Assembly (NCBI GenBank): GCA_048013815.1 | Contig: CM106586.1 | Span: forward strand, 1 to 64,000 | DNA: 64,000 nucleotides | Reading direction: 5' to 3' | Source of the DNA: Setoptus koraiensis | Taxonomy: Eukaryota; Animalia; Arthropoda | In this document: in pieces, positions 48,008 through 62,385 of the stretch | Layout of the letters: every line of letters starts with the position of its first letter | Numbering within the stretch: position 1 is the stretch's first letter | The notes under the pieces: generated by a model | Databases searched by the model: none | The model's input: the letters and a program-made list of their open reading frames with translations, nothing else | Told to the model about the DNA's origin: nothing | Program-made: the position numbers and the translations under genes

Positions 48008-49531
48008 TGTGATTTGTTGTTAGTATTTGGCGCTTGTAAATGTTCAATTAGCTGCTAGAAGCTGCGACCAGCGCGCAAAATAAAGTTGTTAGTTGTAATT
48101 GTAGCGATTTGTGGAAATATTGTGGAAAAGTTTTGTTCTCTTGTGTTGTTTGCTTCTTCACAACAGCAACTACATCAACATTACAAACAGCGCCAACAAT
48201 TACCCGCTGTAACTACTTTGGTGTATTATTAATTATTATTAAATTAAATTAATTATTCAATCATAGAATATGTTTGAGTTTGATATGATACTAGTAATAA
48301 TAATAATAGTAATAATATTAATATCAATAATAATATTGTTCGTTTGTCTCTATCTATAATTGTCAGTAAATAGTGTGAGATAGTGTTTATAAGTATAAGT
48401 ATTTGTATTTGTATTGGTTATGTAAGTGTGTTGTAGTTGATGTGTGTGTGCTTTGCTGAGGTGTTTGGCGGTACCAGAGTTTTCCTGTATTTGCAGCAAC
48501 AGCATGTGCTAAATATATTTTTGTTATATGTTGTTGAGTTCAATAAATGGATTTGAAGAAAAAGAGTAAAAGTGAAGATAAGAAGAAATTTGATATACAT
48601 TATTAGTTGTTGGCGTTGATGATTTGATGTTGTTGCATCCAAATATAATTTATTATTATTATAAAACTCTTTAGTGATGTAATGCTGTTGCCAATGCTTA
48701 GTTATGATGATGATGATGATGATGACGATCGCAATGATTATTATTATTCTGCAACCTCGTTTTTATTTATAGATGCTGATGATGCAATTAATAATAACTT
48801 ACACCCTTTGCCTCTATCACTACTAACACAAGTATCACTAACAAACAAACAAACAAACAAACAAACAAACAAATAAACAAACGAACCAACCAACCAACGA
48901 ACAAACGGACGAACTAACAAAGCAACCAACATCATCAGTCAACATGTTAGCCAACAAATTGGATGTTAGGCCAACATCCAATATTATCAACACTGATCAA
49001 CAATCTAAACCAACTCTAACCAATCAATTAATCAACAGTAAAGCACACCTATCATCAATTGTCACATTGCGCTATAGAGGGCGCTACTGAGAAATTTTAA
49101 AACAAGTTAAACAATAACATACAACTGTTTTTTATGGAGATGTTTCTCTCTCTTTCTCTCTTTTCCAATGCATCATTTTAACTGCAATACATCAAATATC
49201 ATCTGGCTAGTTGTTTGTTACAGCTTGCAATTGCCAATAATAGAAACATTTAGTCAACTCGACATATAAGTTGGTTGTCAGATAAATATGGCGCCGATAA
49301 GCGCCACCAATGGAAGCAACTGAAAGTTAAGTAATGAGTGATTAACATTAGACACTTGTTAGAGGACTTGTTCAATGATCGCAATGGTGATTGTTGTGTG
49401 TTAACGACAATCACCATAGCAAACTAATAGATATAAGCGTATTTATCGAGCTGCATGATCAAAATATCAAAGTGTATAAGTTTATCATGTTTATCATTGA
49501 TACTGACTGTATTTTATCATCAATTTGCAAT

Positions 49532-49629
<98 letters not shown>
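49532..49629. repeat. (TTG)n microsatellite, about 32 units, slightly interrupted
   Basis: Direct inspection. Confidence 0.95.
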
Positions 49630-51895
49630 TTCTGTGTGTGTGCCGGACACTTTTGTGCTCACTTGTCAAAAGGCAGCAACATTAATATGATGATCTGATG
49701 GTTACAGCGAGCACCAGATGCAATGTAATAATGTAATTATTAATGTCGTTTCGCAATAATCAGCATCATCATAATAGATAGAATAGATATTACAACAATT
49801 GATCGGATGGCACATGGACTCACACGCAATAACTAGCAACTAGATCAACATTGCAACATCATCATCACCCATCATCATCATCATGAGCAGACATATACTA
49901 GCTATGTAATGGTGATGATGATATTTATATGATGATACATGTTAATGGTGATAGGGCGACAAGCCGAGATAGATGGTGGTGGTGATGGCGATGGTCGGTA
50001 GAGGGATGGTGATGATAATGATGATCTCATCAATAGTGCGACGGGGCGACGTCGTCAATTATTGTTAATCTATACCATTATTGATCAATATACAACCATA
50101 TAACCTAGTATTATGATGATATGATTGAAATACTCTAATAGTACAAACAAGAGCACACAAGCCAATTGCAACTAGAGAGCTAACTAGAGTAGAAAGGATA
50201 CGATCACTAAAATTATGTAACCGCCACAACCACGGCCACAACAGCAACAACAGCAACAGCAACAACAGCAGCAACAACTGCCACCACTCAACTGCTACCA
50301 TTAATACTTCTACTACTACCAGCTCACATCACATCAAACTTATTCAACTGATAATTTTTAGCCAATCAACAACAACAACAACAACAACATCGTCATTATA
50401 TCTGATATTACGCAGACACATTTCATCATCATCATCCTCATCATCATCGTCATTACTATCATCATCATCGTCATCGTCATCATCATAGCTAACACATACA
50501 GATAGTTAGTTAATTAGTTAGCGAGTGAGAGAAACCAAAGAGTGTGAGAATTGAGCAGAGGATATTAGAGCAACTTTAAATTACTGACAGCCTATCAATA
50601 TCTAGATATATATATATATTTATGTATATATTGCTAGTATTTGTTTGTGAGTGTGCGATGATTCAATCATCATTCATCACTTTTAATAATCTACTTTCAT
50701 CACACAACGCAGACTAACAGACGCACAAGCAAGCAATAATCAACATCATATAATCACATAATCACTCAGTAACTAGGCCTGCCAATAACTAAAGTGATTA
50801 AGCTGAAATGAACACACAAATAATAAACTAACTTTTATCAGAACGCCATCTAGCGAACAGACTTTACATCTAAGAATTGTAATCATTTAGAGTTCACACT
50901 CGCTACTAGCAGTAGTTTGGTGTACAGGTTTTGTTGTTTCGTATGTGTTGGCTTTTTTTCCATCTCGTGTTTTGATATGATGCTGCAAAGATAGTTAATT
51001 GACAGGTGAATAGTGGGTGAATAGTGGGTGAAGCTGCCATCAAAACTTTCACTCGCTCTCGCGAATCAAATTGAATTAATAAAAAAGTGCAAGTCTAATA
51101 GTTGGAGTAAATCTGATTGGATCCAATTGAATCGAGTTGAATCGAGTTGAATTCAGCAGCCAGATAATAGGCAGCAATAATCTCTCCTTGTCTGTTGGAA
51201 CAACATTTGATATCGGTAGATATCACCATAGAAAATATATTTGGCTGAATATAATTAATAGTTGTCTCATCAGAGACAAACAAGACGTTTTCCTTCTGCC
51301 TTTCACTTCATAGTCACAAATGTCTTTGACAGGGGTGCAATTGTCCAATGAATGAATTATAAATCATTGCGACACAACAATAGCTCTCTGCTTCGACTCT
51401 ACATTTGTTGTTGACTCGGTCATGATATCAATGACAGTGGTAAACAATTTTGAGTTGTATTGACAATATTAAAATGGGCTTTAAATAAACTTTAAGCTGA
51501 CAACTAATGTGAGACTGATCTGGTGACAACAATACGCCAGTGTCTTGTCACAACAGAGGGTTGCTATGTGGCGAAGAAGAATTCTCATTTGCGACAGCTT
51601 ATCGATAATCTTCTGTGGCAGGCTCATCTCGTATGATCCACACAGGTATTCACGGGTGGATCTGCTGCTATGGTCCTCCAAGCGGCATCTCAACTCTTAT
51701 TATTAATTAACAATCATCTTGACAACAATCGCAAGCTCAGGTGCGCAATTGGGATAAATGGCACAATACAATAGCGATTATCTTGTCTCGCTCGTTGTGA
51801 TATTGTTGTTGTTTGCCAACTTGAGAATGTGTGCTGCTTATTCACAAATTAATGACATAAAAATGATAATGATTCTATGACAATAATAGAAGGAG

Positions 51896-51935
51896 TATAA
51901 AAGCGAGCGCCACTATCGGAAGTAGGCATCAGATT
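51896..51935 (+). promoter_or_regulatory. TATA-box core promoter of the 52018 secreted-protein gene
   Basis: TATAAAAG at 51896-51903 with Inr-like CATCAGATT about 30 nt downstream; ATG follows about 90 nt later. Confidence 0.6.
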
Positions 51936-52017
51936 GAAATCGAGGTCAAAATTCAAATCAAACACATAATCGAAATAAATCCGACAGCAAAAGTATCACA
52001 GAGAAAGTGTTAGAAAA

Positions 52018-52629
52018 ATGTCTGTTTCCGTTACAGCAAAAACCCTAATCGGCCTGATGGCTTGCCTGTTGGTTGTGGCGGCAATAGTGGCCGAATCGCA
52101 GTCAAACAATGGCGATGGATGCAGAATGGAATGTCCAAAGATGAATCAAAAGAGCCAAGGAAAACAAAATTGTCGCTGGATTCTGAGAACAGACGGTAAG
52201 CCAGCTCGTCTATGTGAGCAGCCCAAATGTAAGAGAGTTTGTCCAAAAGAAAATCAAGATACGGCTGCATCAAACACCGATGAACAAACACAAACAAGAG
52301 TTGAACAACAAATCGAGGGCGCTCCAGCAGCCACAAACCAAGAGGATTCCTCGCCAACTATATCCTCTGCACCGGCATCGGCACCGGCACCAGCAATGGG
52401 TATCATGCAACAGCGTTACGGTAACAAATTGAAACAGGCCCCAGTTCCGGGTGTCGCCGGTGGACGATTGGCCCCAGACAGCCAAGCAGCGGGTGCAGCA
52501 GCAGCAGCAGGCAACCAACAGAATGGTGCTCGTCGTTTTGCACCAACTTTGGCGCCCGAGATCAACTACGACGACAATGACACACCACCACCCATAAGCC
52601 GTTTCTTGGATATCTCGCCAGAGGAATGA
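52018..52629 (+). CDS. Orphan secreted protein: signal peptide, 6-Cys domain and A/P/Q-rich tail, 203 aa
   Basis: Hydrophobic N-terminus LIGLMACLLVVAAIVAES, then CRMEC...NCRW...LCEQPKCKRVC. Upstream TATA box and AATAAA at 52639-52644. Confidence 0.85.
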   Translation: MSVSVTAKTLIGLMACLLVVAAIVAESQSNNGDGCRMECPKMNQKSQGKQNCRWILRTDGKPARLCEQPKCKRVCPKENQDTAASNTDEQTQTRVEQQIEGAPAATNQEDSSPTISSAPASAPAPAMGIMQQRYGNKLKQAPVPGVAGGRLAPDSQAAGAAAAAGNQQNGARRFAPTLAPEINYDDNDTPPPISRFLDISPEE

Positions 52630-54342
52630 TCGATAAACAATAAACTAAACTGGACTAAATTGGATGTTATGTTATACGCTGCAGCAGACCAAACATTCAG
52701 TTACATTTGGATTGATTCGTGTCATGTCAACTGCAAATTAATTCCATTCCACTAATTTCATTTCGATGAGTGCCGTTAGAGTGACTAGTTTGCTTGAATC
52801 GGGTCACACATTGATCGAGCATCAGTTGTAATACATGATGAAAATGATATGATTCAATCAATAAACAATGATCATTAGCATGCGAAAGTAACTTAAACAA
52901 TTTCCATTGAAACAATTGCAAAATTCATTTGCTTGTTTTTGTATCGCTATCAGCGCAACATTGCATTGAAAATATTGAGCAAGCTACAATTGTGAGCTTG
53001 TTCAATATATGTCAATATGGTCAATTTGTGTTTATAGATTCATTTGAATGATAAACTCTCATCATTTGTTTGTGTTGTCTGAACCAATGATACAATAGTC
53101 TGAAACAGTCAACAATGCAACAGCGCAAAGAGAATGTGGCAACCAGTCAACTTCCGTTGTTTACGCAATGGTTGTCACCTTGATTAGCACTAACTATTAC
53201 AACTGGCCGAGTCAAGTGTCAAGTTGATGCCAGTTGGCACCAGTGACACCGGTGTAAATAAATGAATATTTAGATTAGATGCAACAACAGTCTAAAGAGA
53301 CATTTAATTGTTAGTGGAATGAATAGGCGAGACGAAAGGAGAAAGTGAGTTGCATAATCATGAAAATCACTGTGTTTAGCCGAATGAGTGAATGATGCAA
53401 GCAAGACAAACACAATTGCCGGACGTGGACAGTAGTGATGCAAACAGGAGAAACAAAAGGCGAATCTTCTTTGTTTGTTGCAGGAGGAACGAGTCGTTGT
53501 CACTTTCACATAGGAAAGCTGAGCAAGTTGAGGCGAAAGGACTCGCCTCAAGTTGCTGGCTTAGCTAACGTGCGAACAGACCAAGTAACAAGTGTGTGTG
53601 TTTACTAGAATTGACGTAACTGGCTTGAGATAACTGTCAAGAAGAAGAGGAAACGGCAACAGCAGCAGCAGCAACAACAACAACAACAAAGGACGATTAA
53701 GCGATGATAATGATAATGACCACTTGCCTAAATGATGGGAAACATGATGAGTCGTCCGACTGTTAGAAATGTTCAATCGTTTGTGGTTGGCAAGATTGTT
53801 CACTGCTCATCTCTTATCTCATCTTGAATACTGTGCGCTGTCGTTGTCGTTGTTGTTGTCGTGGCATAACTTTATAGCATGACTTTACAGCGTGAAAATA
53901 TGATAGATGAGAGAGAGCCAACAACAACAGCGGCCAACAGCAACAACGGCCAACAGCAACAACGGCCAACAAGGACAGCTCGAGACTTGACGCATCCGTT
54001 ATGCGTTACCCGTTACCCGTTATCCTTTATCCGTTTTCTGTTATCGCCGTCATCCGCTTGCCGTCATCCGTTCAACAACAACAACAGCCACGGCAACAGG
54101 CGATCGAAGGTCACAACAAGTTGTCGAGTGATGGCGGTTCATTTTGTCGCAGTGACTCAACAACAACAGCAGCAGCAACAACAACAACAACTACAACTAC
54201 AGTCAACGTAGCAGCTGGCTACAGGTAAAGTAACTGCCGCAACTCACGCTCACTCTGTGCATTTGTCACTCGCTCGCTGGCTCGACGACTCAGCAAGACG
54301 AGACACACAGCAACAGTTATATGCTGCAGCTTGTGATAAGAC

Positions 54343-54343
<1 letters not shown>

Positions 54344-54411
<68 letters not shown>
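54344..54411. repeat. (GT)34 perfect microsatellite
   Basis: Direct count. Confidence 0.95.
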
Positions 54412-54413
<2 letters not shown>

Positions 54414-54888
54414 CGGCATTGAGAATTAAAACTCACAGAATAAAGCATCAAATTTTAAGCTTTAAACTTGCAGCTTCAAGTTGAAGCAGTTACGTAATGG
54501 TTATAGCAGCAACAACAACAACAACAGTTATGATGGTTGCCTTAACAACGGACAGGCAACGAGCGAGCGGACGGACGAACGGACCAAGAAACGGGTGAGA
54601 GAATGAAAGAGGGAAACAGGTAATAACACAATCGAATTGTTGCACAAAGTTCGTGAGTCATCGTTGTTCACGAAGCCGAATCATCATTATTCTTTCTGGT
54701 GCTCATCGTTCATGACAACGATGATGAGCAGACATGAGCGAGCGAGAGAATGTTCCACCGATAGCGAGTTGGCACAACTAACGTTCCTCGTCGGCCAGAC
54801 GATCGATTGGCGCGCAAATAGAGTGAGAGAACACAAACAGAGAGAAGCGAAAGCGGGCAACAGGATGAACGGATAAGAAGATAAGAGG

Positions 54889-54998
54889 ATGAGATGAGAC
54901 GAAACGAAACGAAACGGAATGAGACGACGGGATGAGACGGAATGAGATGAGATGAGATGAGACGAGATGAGGTGAGATGAGATGAGATGAGATGAGAT
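54889..54998. repeat. Degenerate pentanucleotide array (GAGAT/GAAAC/GAGAC)
   Basis: Direct inspection. Confidence 0.85.
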
Positions 54999-56796
54999 AA
55001 CCTGTTGCTTTGGCTTCATTGTCAGTGTTTGTTGTGCAGCCACTAACGACACACACAGCACAAGTTGTTGCTTGTTGGCCACTACACAAGCCACTGGCCA
55101 GCTACTCGGCCGGCCAGCCAAAGCGGAATAAACCCCGATGACGATGACGACCATGACGACCATGATGATGATTATTATTATTATTATCATTATTATTATT
55201 ATTATTACTATTATGGGGGTGGCAGTGGCACGACAAGGACGAGCAGCGACAGCCAGCGAGGGCCAACGATGACCACGACAACACCGATGAGCTAAGGTGA
55301 AGCAACAGGTGATACGCAGCACTTTCGCTTGTTATTATAACTGTTATAACTGTTTGTTGTTGTTGGCTGTCGGTTGTCGGCCGGTTGTTACTTGTTGCTG
55401 CTCCAACAATCGACTGGCCATTGTGAGAGCAAACAGACGCAACAGCTAACAAGCGACACAGTGAGAGAGTTGCGCTCACCTGGTCGCTGGCCAAACAACA
55501 CTGACAATATTCATTGCCACTAGCCGTTGGTCACTGGCCACTGATGATGGTAAAAGTAAAGTTAATGTTAAAGTTAAAGTTAATCTGTGCACCGGCCAAT
55601 GGCAGCTCATCTCGTTGGCGCTGGCAAGACGCCAATCGATTTCATATATTGGCTTATATATGCTGACAATGTGAGTTGGCCAGTCAATGTTGGTCTGGTC
55701 TGGTCTGGCCAGGCTGCAATTGGCAATTGTTGGCTGCATGCGAATTGAGTGTTGCGAATTAGTAACGGTCAGTCAGTTTTATTAACTTTACATAATAAAA
55801 GCGGACATGCAAGTGGAATGAGAATGAGAATAAGAATAAGAAGAAGAACTTGAAACAGCAATGAGAGACAGCAATAATAATATATGGACAGACCGTGCGA
55901 GACGACACCACAGAGCAGAGATGCGCGCGAAGAGAACCATTATCGATTGATTCGATCGGTCGAACATCACCTGTTGCTCGCTGACAGGAACTGACTGACT
56001 GACTGACTGGCTGTTGTTACCCGTTTCTCGCTGTGTTGTGTGTCCGCAATGAGCCAACAACTTTAAACTCGAACTGGACACTCTCACTGTGCACTTGCTG
56101 GCTAGCTTGCCAGACAGTGCCGGCCGGTCGCCAGCGAGACGGCCAACAGTGCGTGCCATTACGGCCAGTGGTCACACAACGACACTCGGATGTCGTCCTT
56201 TCTAAATAATAGTGGTTCGGCGTAATTACACTGCCAACAACAACAGCAACAACAGCAGCAACAACAGCAGCAACAACAGCAGCAACAACAGCAACAGCAA
56301 CAACAAGAAACATTAAAAGAAAGTTTTTGCTTCTCTGGCCGTCGCTGTCGTTGTGTCGCTTTTTCAAGTTTATTATCATGAGCGGCAATGGTCAGTTGCA
56401 CAGGTTGAGTGTACACACAACAAGCTGCTCTGTTCATGTGTCTGTCCGATTGCCAGTTAGCTCAACAAACGCAGCAAAAGAAGACGAAGAAGAAGAAGCT
56501 CCCCTGGCTTGCCTGGCTTGATAGCGAGCATACGCACAGTTAAGGTCAACTTTAATGAGGGACCAAGAGACGCAATGAGACGACAAAAACACTTGCTGTT
56601 GGCAACCCGAGCAACCAAACAACAAAGCAACTAACGCAACGGTCATTCAACGAACAACAACTTTCGCTTTCGCATTTCACATTTCGCATTTCGAATTTCG
56701 CATTAAGCTCTAAGCATTACACATAACACATTACCCATTACGTATTACGCATTAGACATATTACGTAATGCGCGACGTTGTTGTCACGATTGCGAC

Positions 56797-56847
<51 letters not shown>
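56797..56847. repeat. (CT)n microsatellite with one interruption
   Basis: Direct inspection. Confidence 0.95.
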
Positions 56848-56849
<2 letters not shown>

Positions 56850-59800
56850 GGGCGCGCGCGTCTCAACTGGCTGCGTCCACCAACCAGCGATCGTCTCTTC
56901 TCTTTTGCCTATTGCATTCGATGGCGAACAGTCAGGCAGCCAATAGAAGCGAGCCATGCAACGACACGAACAGAATGAGAGAGACTGTGAGAGAACTCGC
57001 TTATCGGCCGACCAACACAAATGCAAATAAGCGCACAACTTGCTGGGCAACTGACGCTTGCGCAGTGGCCAATCGAACGCCATCGAACGGGATCGAGCGA
57101 ACGTTCGAACATTCGGATGTTCGGACGTTCGGACGAGCAATCGAACGAAATGGAAGAGAGTGGAACGAGCAACTGGGACGAGCAACGGCACACTTTGTGT
57201 CAAACTGATCCAACATTGGCCAGCTTGTAATAAGTGAGCGTGTCTCTATCATTATTGTGCACACCAAGTTACATCTAAAATGGGCACATCTTGCACTTGG
57301 CTAACAGCTGATCGAGTGAGTGTCACGAAGACACTTAGAGCGCCTATAAACGTCTCAGTCAGCGGCCGCGCTCCTCATAACGCGCAACTCGCAGCCCCAA
57401 TCGATCGCTGATTGGCTGACTGGCATTACAACTGGCGAGCTGATTGGTGGAATGATGAGCGAATTATGTTATGTTTCGCTCACTTTCACTCTCTCTGCCG
57501 CTGCTACAATTGTGTGCCGCATTATAGGCAACTGCAAGCTTGCCTGGCGAACAGGCTGACAGTGTGAGGATAATTGTTGAATTGGGGCTAGTAACACAAG
57601 TGTCGTCTTGTGTGTCAGACAGTCGCTGTGCAATTCAGTTTGTGTCCAGCGTGTTGGGCGCCAATTAAATAATACTTGTCATAAGATTGTAATTTGCTCG
57701 TTAGAAAAACGTAATTGAAGCTGGCAAAATATACGTAATAAATAGGCGATTGTGTTTTTTAGCGACAACAAGTGATTGATACTATCACTTTGACAGTGAG
57801 TGCAAGTTGAGAGTTGATGTTTCGAAATGAGTGCTACATCTAGGTTCGCTGTAATAGTAATAGTAATAATGACAACAGATAATAATAATGATAATGATGG
57901 TCGACAATGCTTTTATCGCGTTATCGTTTGTGTCGTAGATGACGTTCATTCGACGTTCAAGAAGTACGGTAAACGGTGAGCTGTCGAACAGAATTTATCA
58001 TTTATTATCCACCACATGCGCACATTTGTATGCACATTATGTGCACTTTATATGCACATTATATGCACGCATTTAAATAATCTGCATCAATTGCGCACTT
58101 TTCGTTGGAGCACCTGTCGAAATAGGCAACAGCGACCAACATATCTGTCAAATGAGCAACTTTGTTCATTTAAAACTGAAACCTGCTGGTGCTATTACGC
58201 AACTATTATCTGACACTGTGAGATGCACCCATTGTTACGATTGGGTACGATTTGGATCGCATTGAATTGTTGGTGTTGGTTGAATTTTGTTAAAGTTATA
58301 ATCATATTGTACAAACATGTATGAGAATAATTACTATTAGATTAATATTAATAGTGCGAGTGAATTGTGCTCTGGCCAGCATGCGTACATCATGATTGAT
58401 ATTTTTGTTATTCGGACATTCGGACAGTTGGCGAGGGTTTAGTTGTAGTTTCAGTTGTGCCATGATCGATGTGACCCGCTTCAGGTTGCCGTTGTCTTGA
58501 GAGCAGCGCTAATACACGGCACGTTAATGCCGTTAAAAAGTCAACTAGTGAAAGTCGTGTCTAGACTTCACAAGAAAGAGTTCACAAGCGAGCGAGCGAG
58601 AGAGGGAGCAACCATCGGTTATTAAAAGATGCAAGTATAATTAATAATCATATGGCACCCGATGGTTATCTGGATTAAAAAGTGGCGCATCCTCTGTTGT
58701 TATCATCAATGTTGCATGTAGTGTTACAAGTAAAAGTACAAGACAGCAAACAACAACAACAACAACAACTTGCCCGTCGATCGCAAACGCTAGTTGACGT
58801 CGAACAGGAAGAGTTGACTCTCACGATCTCGCTCTCTATCTGCCCAATTTATCTAGCGCCTGAACTGATCTTGGCAAGCTCGCCTTGGCAAGCTCAGTTC
58901 AGGCTGGTGCCGATCGATGGCCAATATGTTGGCACTCGTTTGCTCGTTTGACCGGTGCATCGGACACACACAACAACGGTGATGCAGCAACTATGATAAT
59001 AATAATAATAATGATTATCTCGCCAAGATGAGCAACAACTTGGCGATGTTACATCATGCTTAATCCTGCTCTCGTTGCTTCTCTGCTGCCAACTATTAGC
59101 TGCCCATGAGCCTATTAGCCTATTAGCAGAGAGTCAGTGCAACAGTGACTCATCATCGTCATCATCATCGTCATCGACATCATACTGATACTAATACCAA
59201 TAGTAATACCAATAGTAATACTAATACTGATAGTTATACCAACGGAGATAGTAACAGTAACAGCAATAGTTGGCCAAACGACGGATAAAACGCATGATAG
59301 CCGAACAAATCACGATTCGCATAATGAGCTTGCCCATTAGTTATTATGTAATCACTTTCGATCTCTCTCTCTCTCTCTCTGTGTATTGTCAGCAACATTA
59401 TGTAGTGCAGTTTACATGTAATATGTATTATGTATTATGCAATATGTAATATGTTACATGTTGTTCTATGTGTTGTTTGTTGCAAACAGCGAGAGAGAGA
59501 GAGAGAGAGAATTACAACAGCTATTAGATAGTTAAAATAGAGTGAGAGTAACGGACAAACTCGATTACTTCACCGCGCTAACGGGACATGCAACAGCGAC
59601 CACTATGCGCTGTGTGTGTGTGTGTGAAATACTTGCACTTGGCCAGTGAGACTTGATTAGATCATCGACATGCACATATTGATACTTTTGTTTGTTTGTT
59701 CGTCAGTTCGTTTATTTGTTTATTTGTCTGTTTGTTTGTTTGTTCATTCACCTGTTGTTGTTGTTGTTGTTTTAAACAGAGAGTGAGAGTTACTCCGAAA

Positions 59801-61561
59801 GCTAAGTAAAGCTGAAACTAAAATTGCTGCTAATGCAATAGCAGCAACAGTGAAATCCAAAGTGAAATAGCAATTGGGCAACACAAACAACAGACAGCTT
59901 CGCAACTACAGTTACAACAGCGAGAAGAAGCAGCAGCCAGCTAGAAGAAGACGCCGATTAGACAAGTTGTCTCAATGAGAATTTCTCGCTCTCTCATACG
60001 CTGCTCATTCCGCCTCACCGATTTCACCTGCTGCTGCTGCTGTTACATCATCTCAATAGTTGGCTGCCTCATCACCATAAGCAATCATTATCTGTCTTGT
60101 TCCTCTCTCCCGTCTGTCGCTCGCTCGCTCGCTCTCTCTCTCTCCCTCTGTCTCGCCGTTCTCACTAATGATGAGTCGGCAGAGAAAGCAGTGATTGGGC
60201 AAAGTAAACGATCAGCTAACGAAAGAAGAACAAGAATAAGTTAAAACAACAACAGTGAAAGTAATCTACAATCGATACTTCTTGCCTAATTCTTTACCTG
60301 TGTATGTGTGTGTGTTCTCTCGCTATTTCTCTTTCTTTAGCCACCTCACATGACACTGCTCAGGTGACTCAACTGTGTCTAGTCTCTAGTAACGAGTTCA
60401 TGATTCAATAATAAGGTGCCAATAACAATTAGGCCTATGTGCAGTTTGCAATATCCATAAACAGCAACACCCAGTGATGTCAGGCCATTAATGAGCTTGC
60501 ATAGTCATGTTGATCTAGCTGTAATTCTCTACTGTTTTCTATTCTGTATTCTCAGCACAATTCTAGCAACTTTGCCAATGATACCCTACAGTTAATTCTA
60601 GCAATCAATTGTAACTCGTATCTCATATTTGGCAATTGTTTTGAACAGTCTGTGCATATTGTCGCGCTTAATCAGTTGCTGATGAAAATAATGCGACAAT
60701 GTTGTGTCGCGAATTGTGTCAACCGAAAAGTATCGCATTTACATTTGATATTGCATATTTGCACGTATTGTGCAAAAACTCACCTTCGCAGTATCCATTT
60801 TCATGTATCTACATGTATGTATATGTTGGCTAATTGGAATGAGTGGTTGTTGTTGTTGTTGTTGTTGTGGTTTGGTGTTGTTGCTTGTGTTGTTGTTGAG
60901 CGATCATGTTGCTTTGGTTTTGGTCACTAAAAGGTTGCTGTTGTTGGCAATTGTCACTTGTGTATTGGTGCACTGTGTTGATGAGACGAACAGTGGGCAA
61001 AAGCGAGCCTCTTGCGACAGTTGTTTGCTGGTGCTTGTTGGTTGGTTGAGATTGTTGGTACCTTCACTGATGATGGTCAGTCATAAGTGTGAATATTAAT
61101 TCAGTGAATCAAATGAGCGAGGCGCGCAAGTGCCAATAAATAATAATAATAAATGATAAATAAATTGATGATGATCTAATAGAGTTATAGTTAGTTGTTG
61201 TTGTTGTTGTTGTTGTTGTTATTGTCACTGATGAAGGCTAAACACAAACTGACATAGCAACAACAGCAACATCACCAGCAGTCGTCGAACAGCAACATCA
61301 GTGCAACAAGAACACGCACAGTATTACATAAAGAGACAGGCGCACACAGTGACTTCCCCCTCGACTGTTATTGTGCAACGCGAATATTCCTTAGGTTGGA
61401 TAGTATTTCTGTTCTTTGCGCATGCGTCACCCTTCCCCATCTTGCGTGTGTGTGTGTGTGTGTACACACACACACACACACTCACAGTCGAATGTAACTT
61501 TCACTTTTGGCGCTTTTATGCCGTCTATCGGCTAGACGTAACAAGACAAACTTGATTGACT

Positions 61562-61633
61562 AACCAAGCAACCGAGCAACCGAGCAACCGAGCAACCGAG
61601 CAACCGAGCGACCGAGCAACCAAGCGACCGAGT
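61562..61633. repeat. 8-bp tandem repeat (AACCGAGC) x9 with variants
   Basis: Direct inspection. Confidence 0.9.
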
Positions 61634-62331
61634 ATCGAAGCGAGCGGGCGAGCGAGCATCGAAGCAACCAGCTCGTTGTATTGGATTTGCCTAATTTAGA
61701 TAAGAATCACATGTTACGAGCAGTGATTGGATGGATGTTGTGATGTCACAGCAACGATAAGTAGTTTATATGGTATTATTTGCACCATCACACACATCAC
61801 TAATACGAGTGCCTTCATCACTCAACTTGAGCGAAGATTCTCTCTTGTTAGCTGAACGAAGAATATTGTAAGTCATTGCTAATTATGTTTCGCTGCCGAG
61901 CCAGCTACCTGGGCATAAAATTGATGCCAGGTGAGCGAGTGATAATGACGAGCCTGGCACAGGAGCCGACATCAAACTTGATTCCTGCGATGATGATATG
62001 GGTGGCGGTGTCGCTGTTGTCGTTGTTGTTGTCGTTGCTATTGGTGGTGCTGTTGTTGTTGTTGTTGTCGCTGTTGCAACAGCACACTTTACTCAACTCT
62101 GTCGATTCACGTAACACTATTGCAATTGCTCGTTAAAAGCTGCTGGATGAAGCAGCCAATTGAGGCAGCCACTTGACGGCACACACACACACACGCACAA
62201 CTAGTGTTAGGTAATATTAGCGATAAATGCGAGGAGTGGAGCAAACACACACACACACACACATCAATTATCTTTTGGGCCATCTTTTGTCGCCCTTCAT
62301 CAACATCATTATCTCACCAGACAGCAACCAC

Positions 62332-62385
62332 CAGCCAACAGTCGGCAGCCAGCCAACAGTCGGCAGCCAGCCAACAGTCGGCAGC
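62332..62385. repeat. 18-bp tandem repeat (CAGCCAACAGTCGGCAGC) x3
   Basis: Direct inspection. Confidence 0.9.

Noticed and set aside
57098-57131. 15-bp hairpin or heat-shock-element-like GAACGTTC motifs
   Set aside because: It arises from a self-complementary 7-8-bp tandem unit, and the nGAAn units are not in HSE phase.
60497-60507. 11-nt match to the miR-153 5' end (TTGCATAGTCA)
   Set aside because: The 3' half diverges and upstream pairing is weak with a large bulge.
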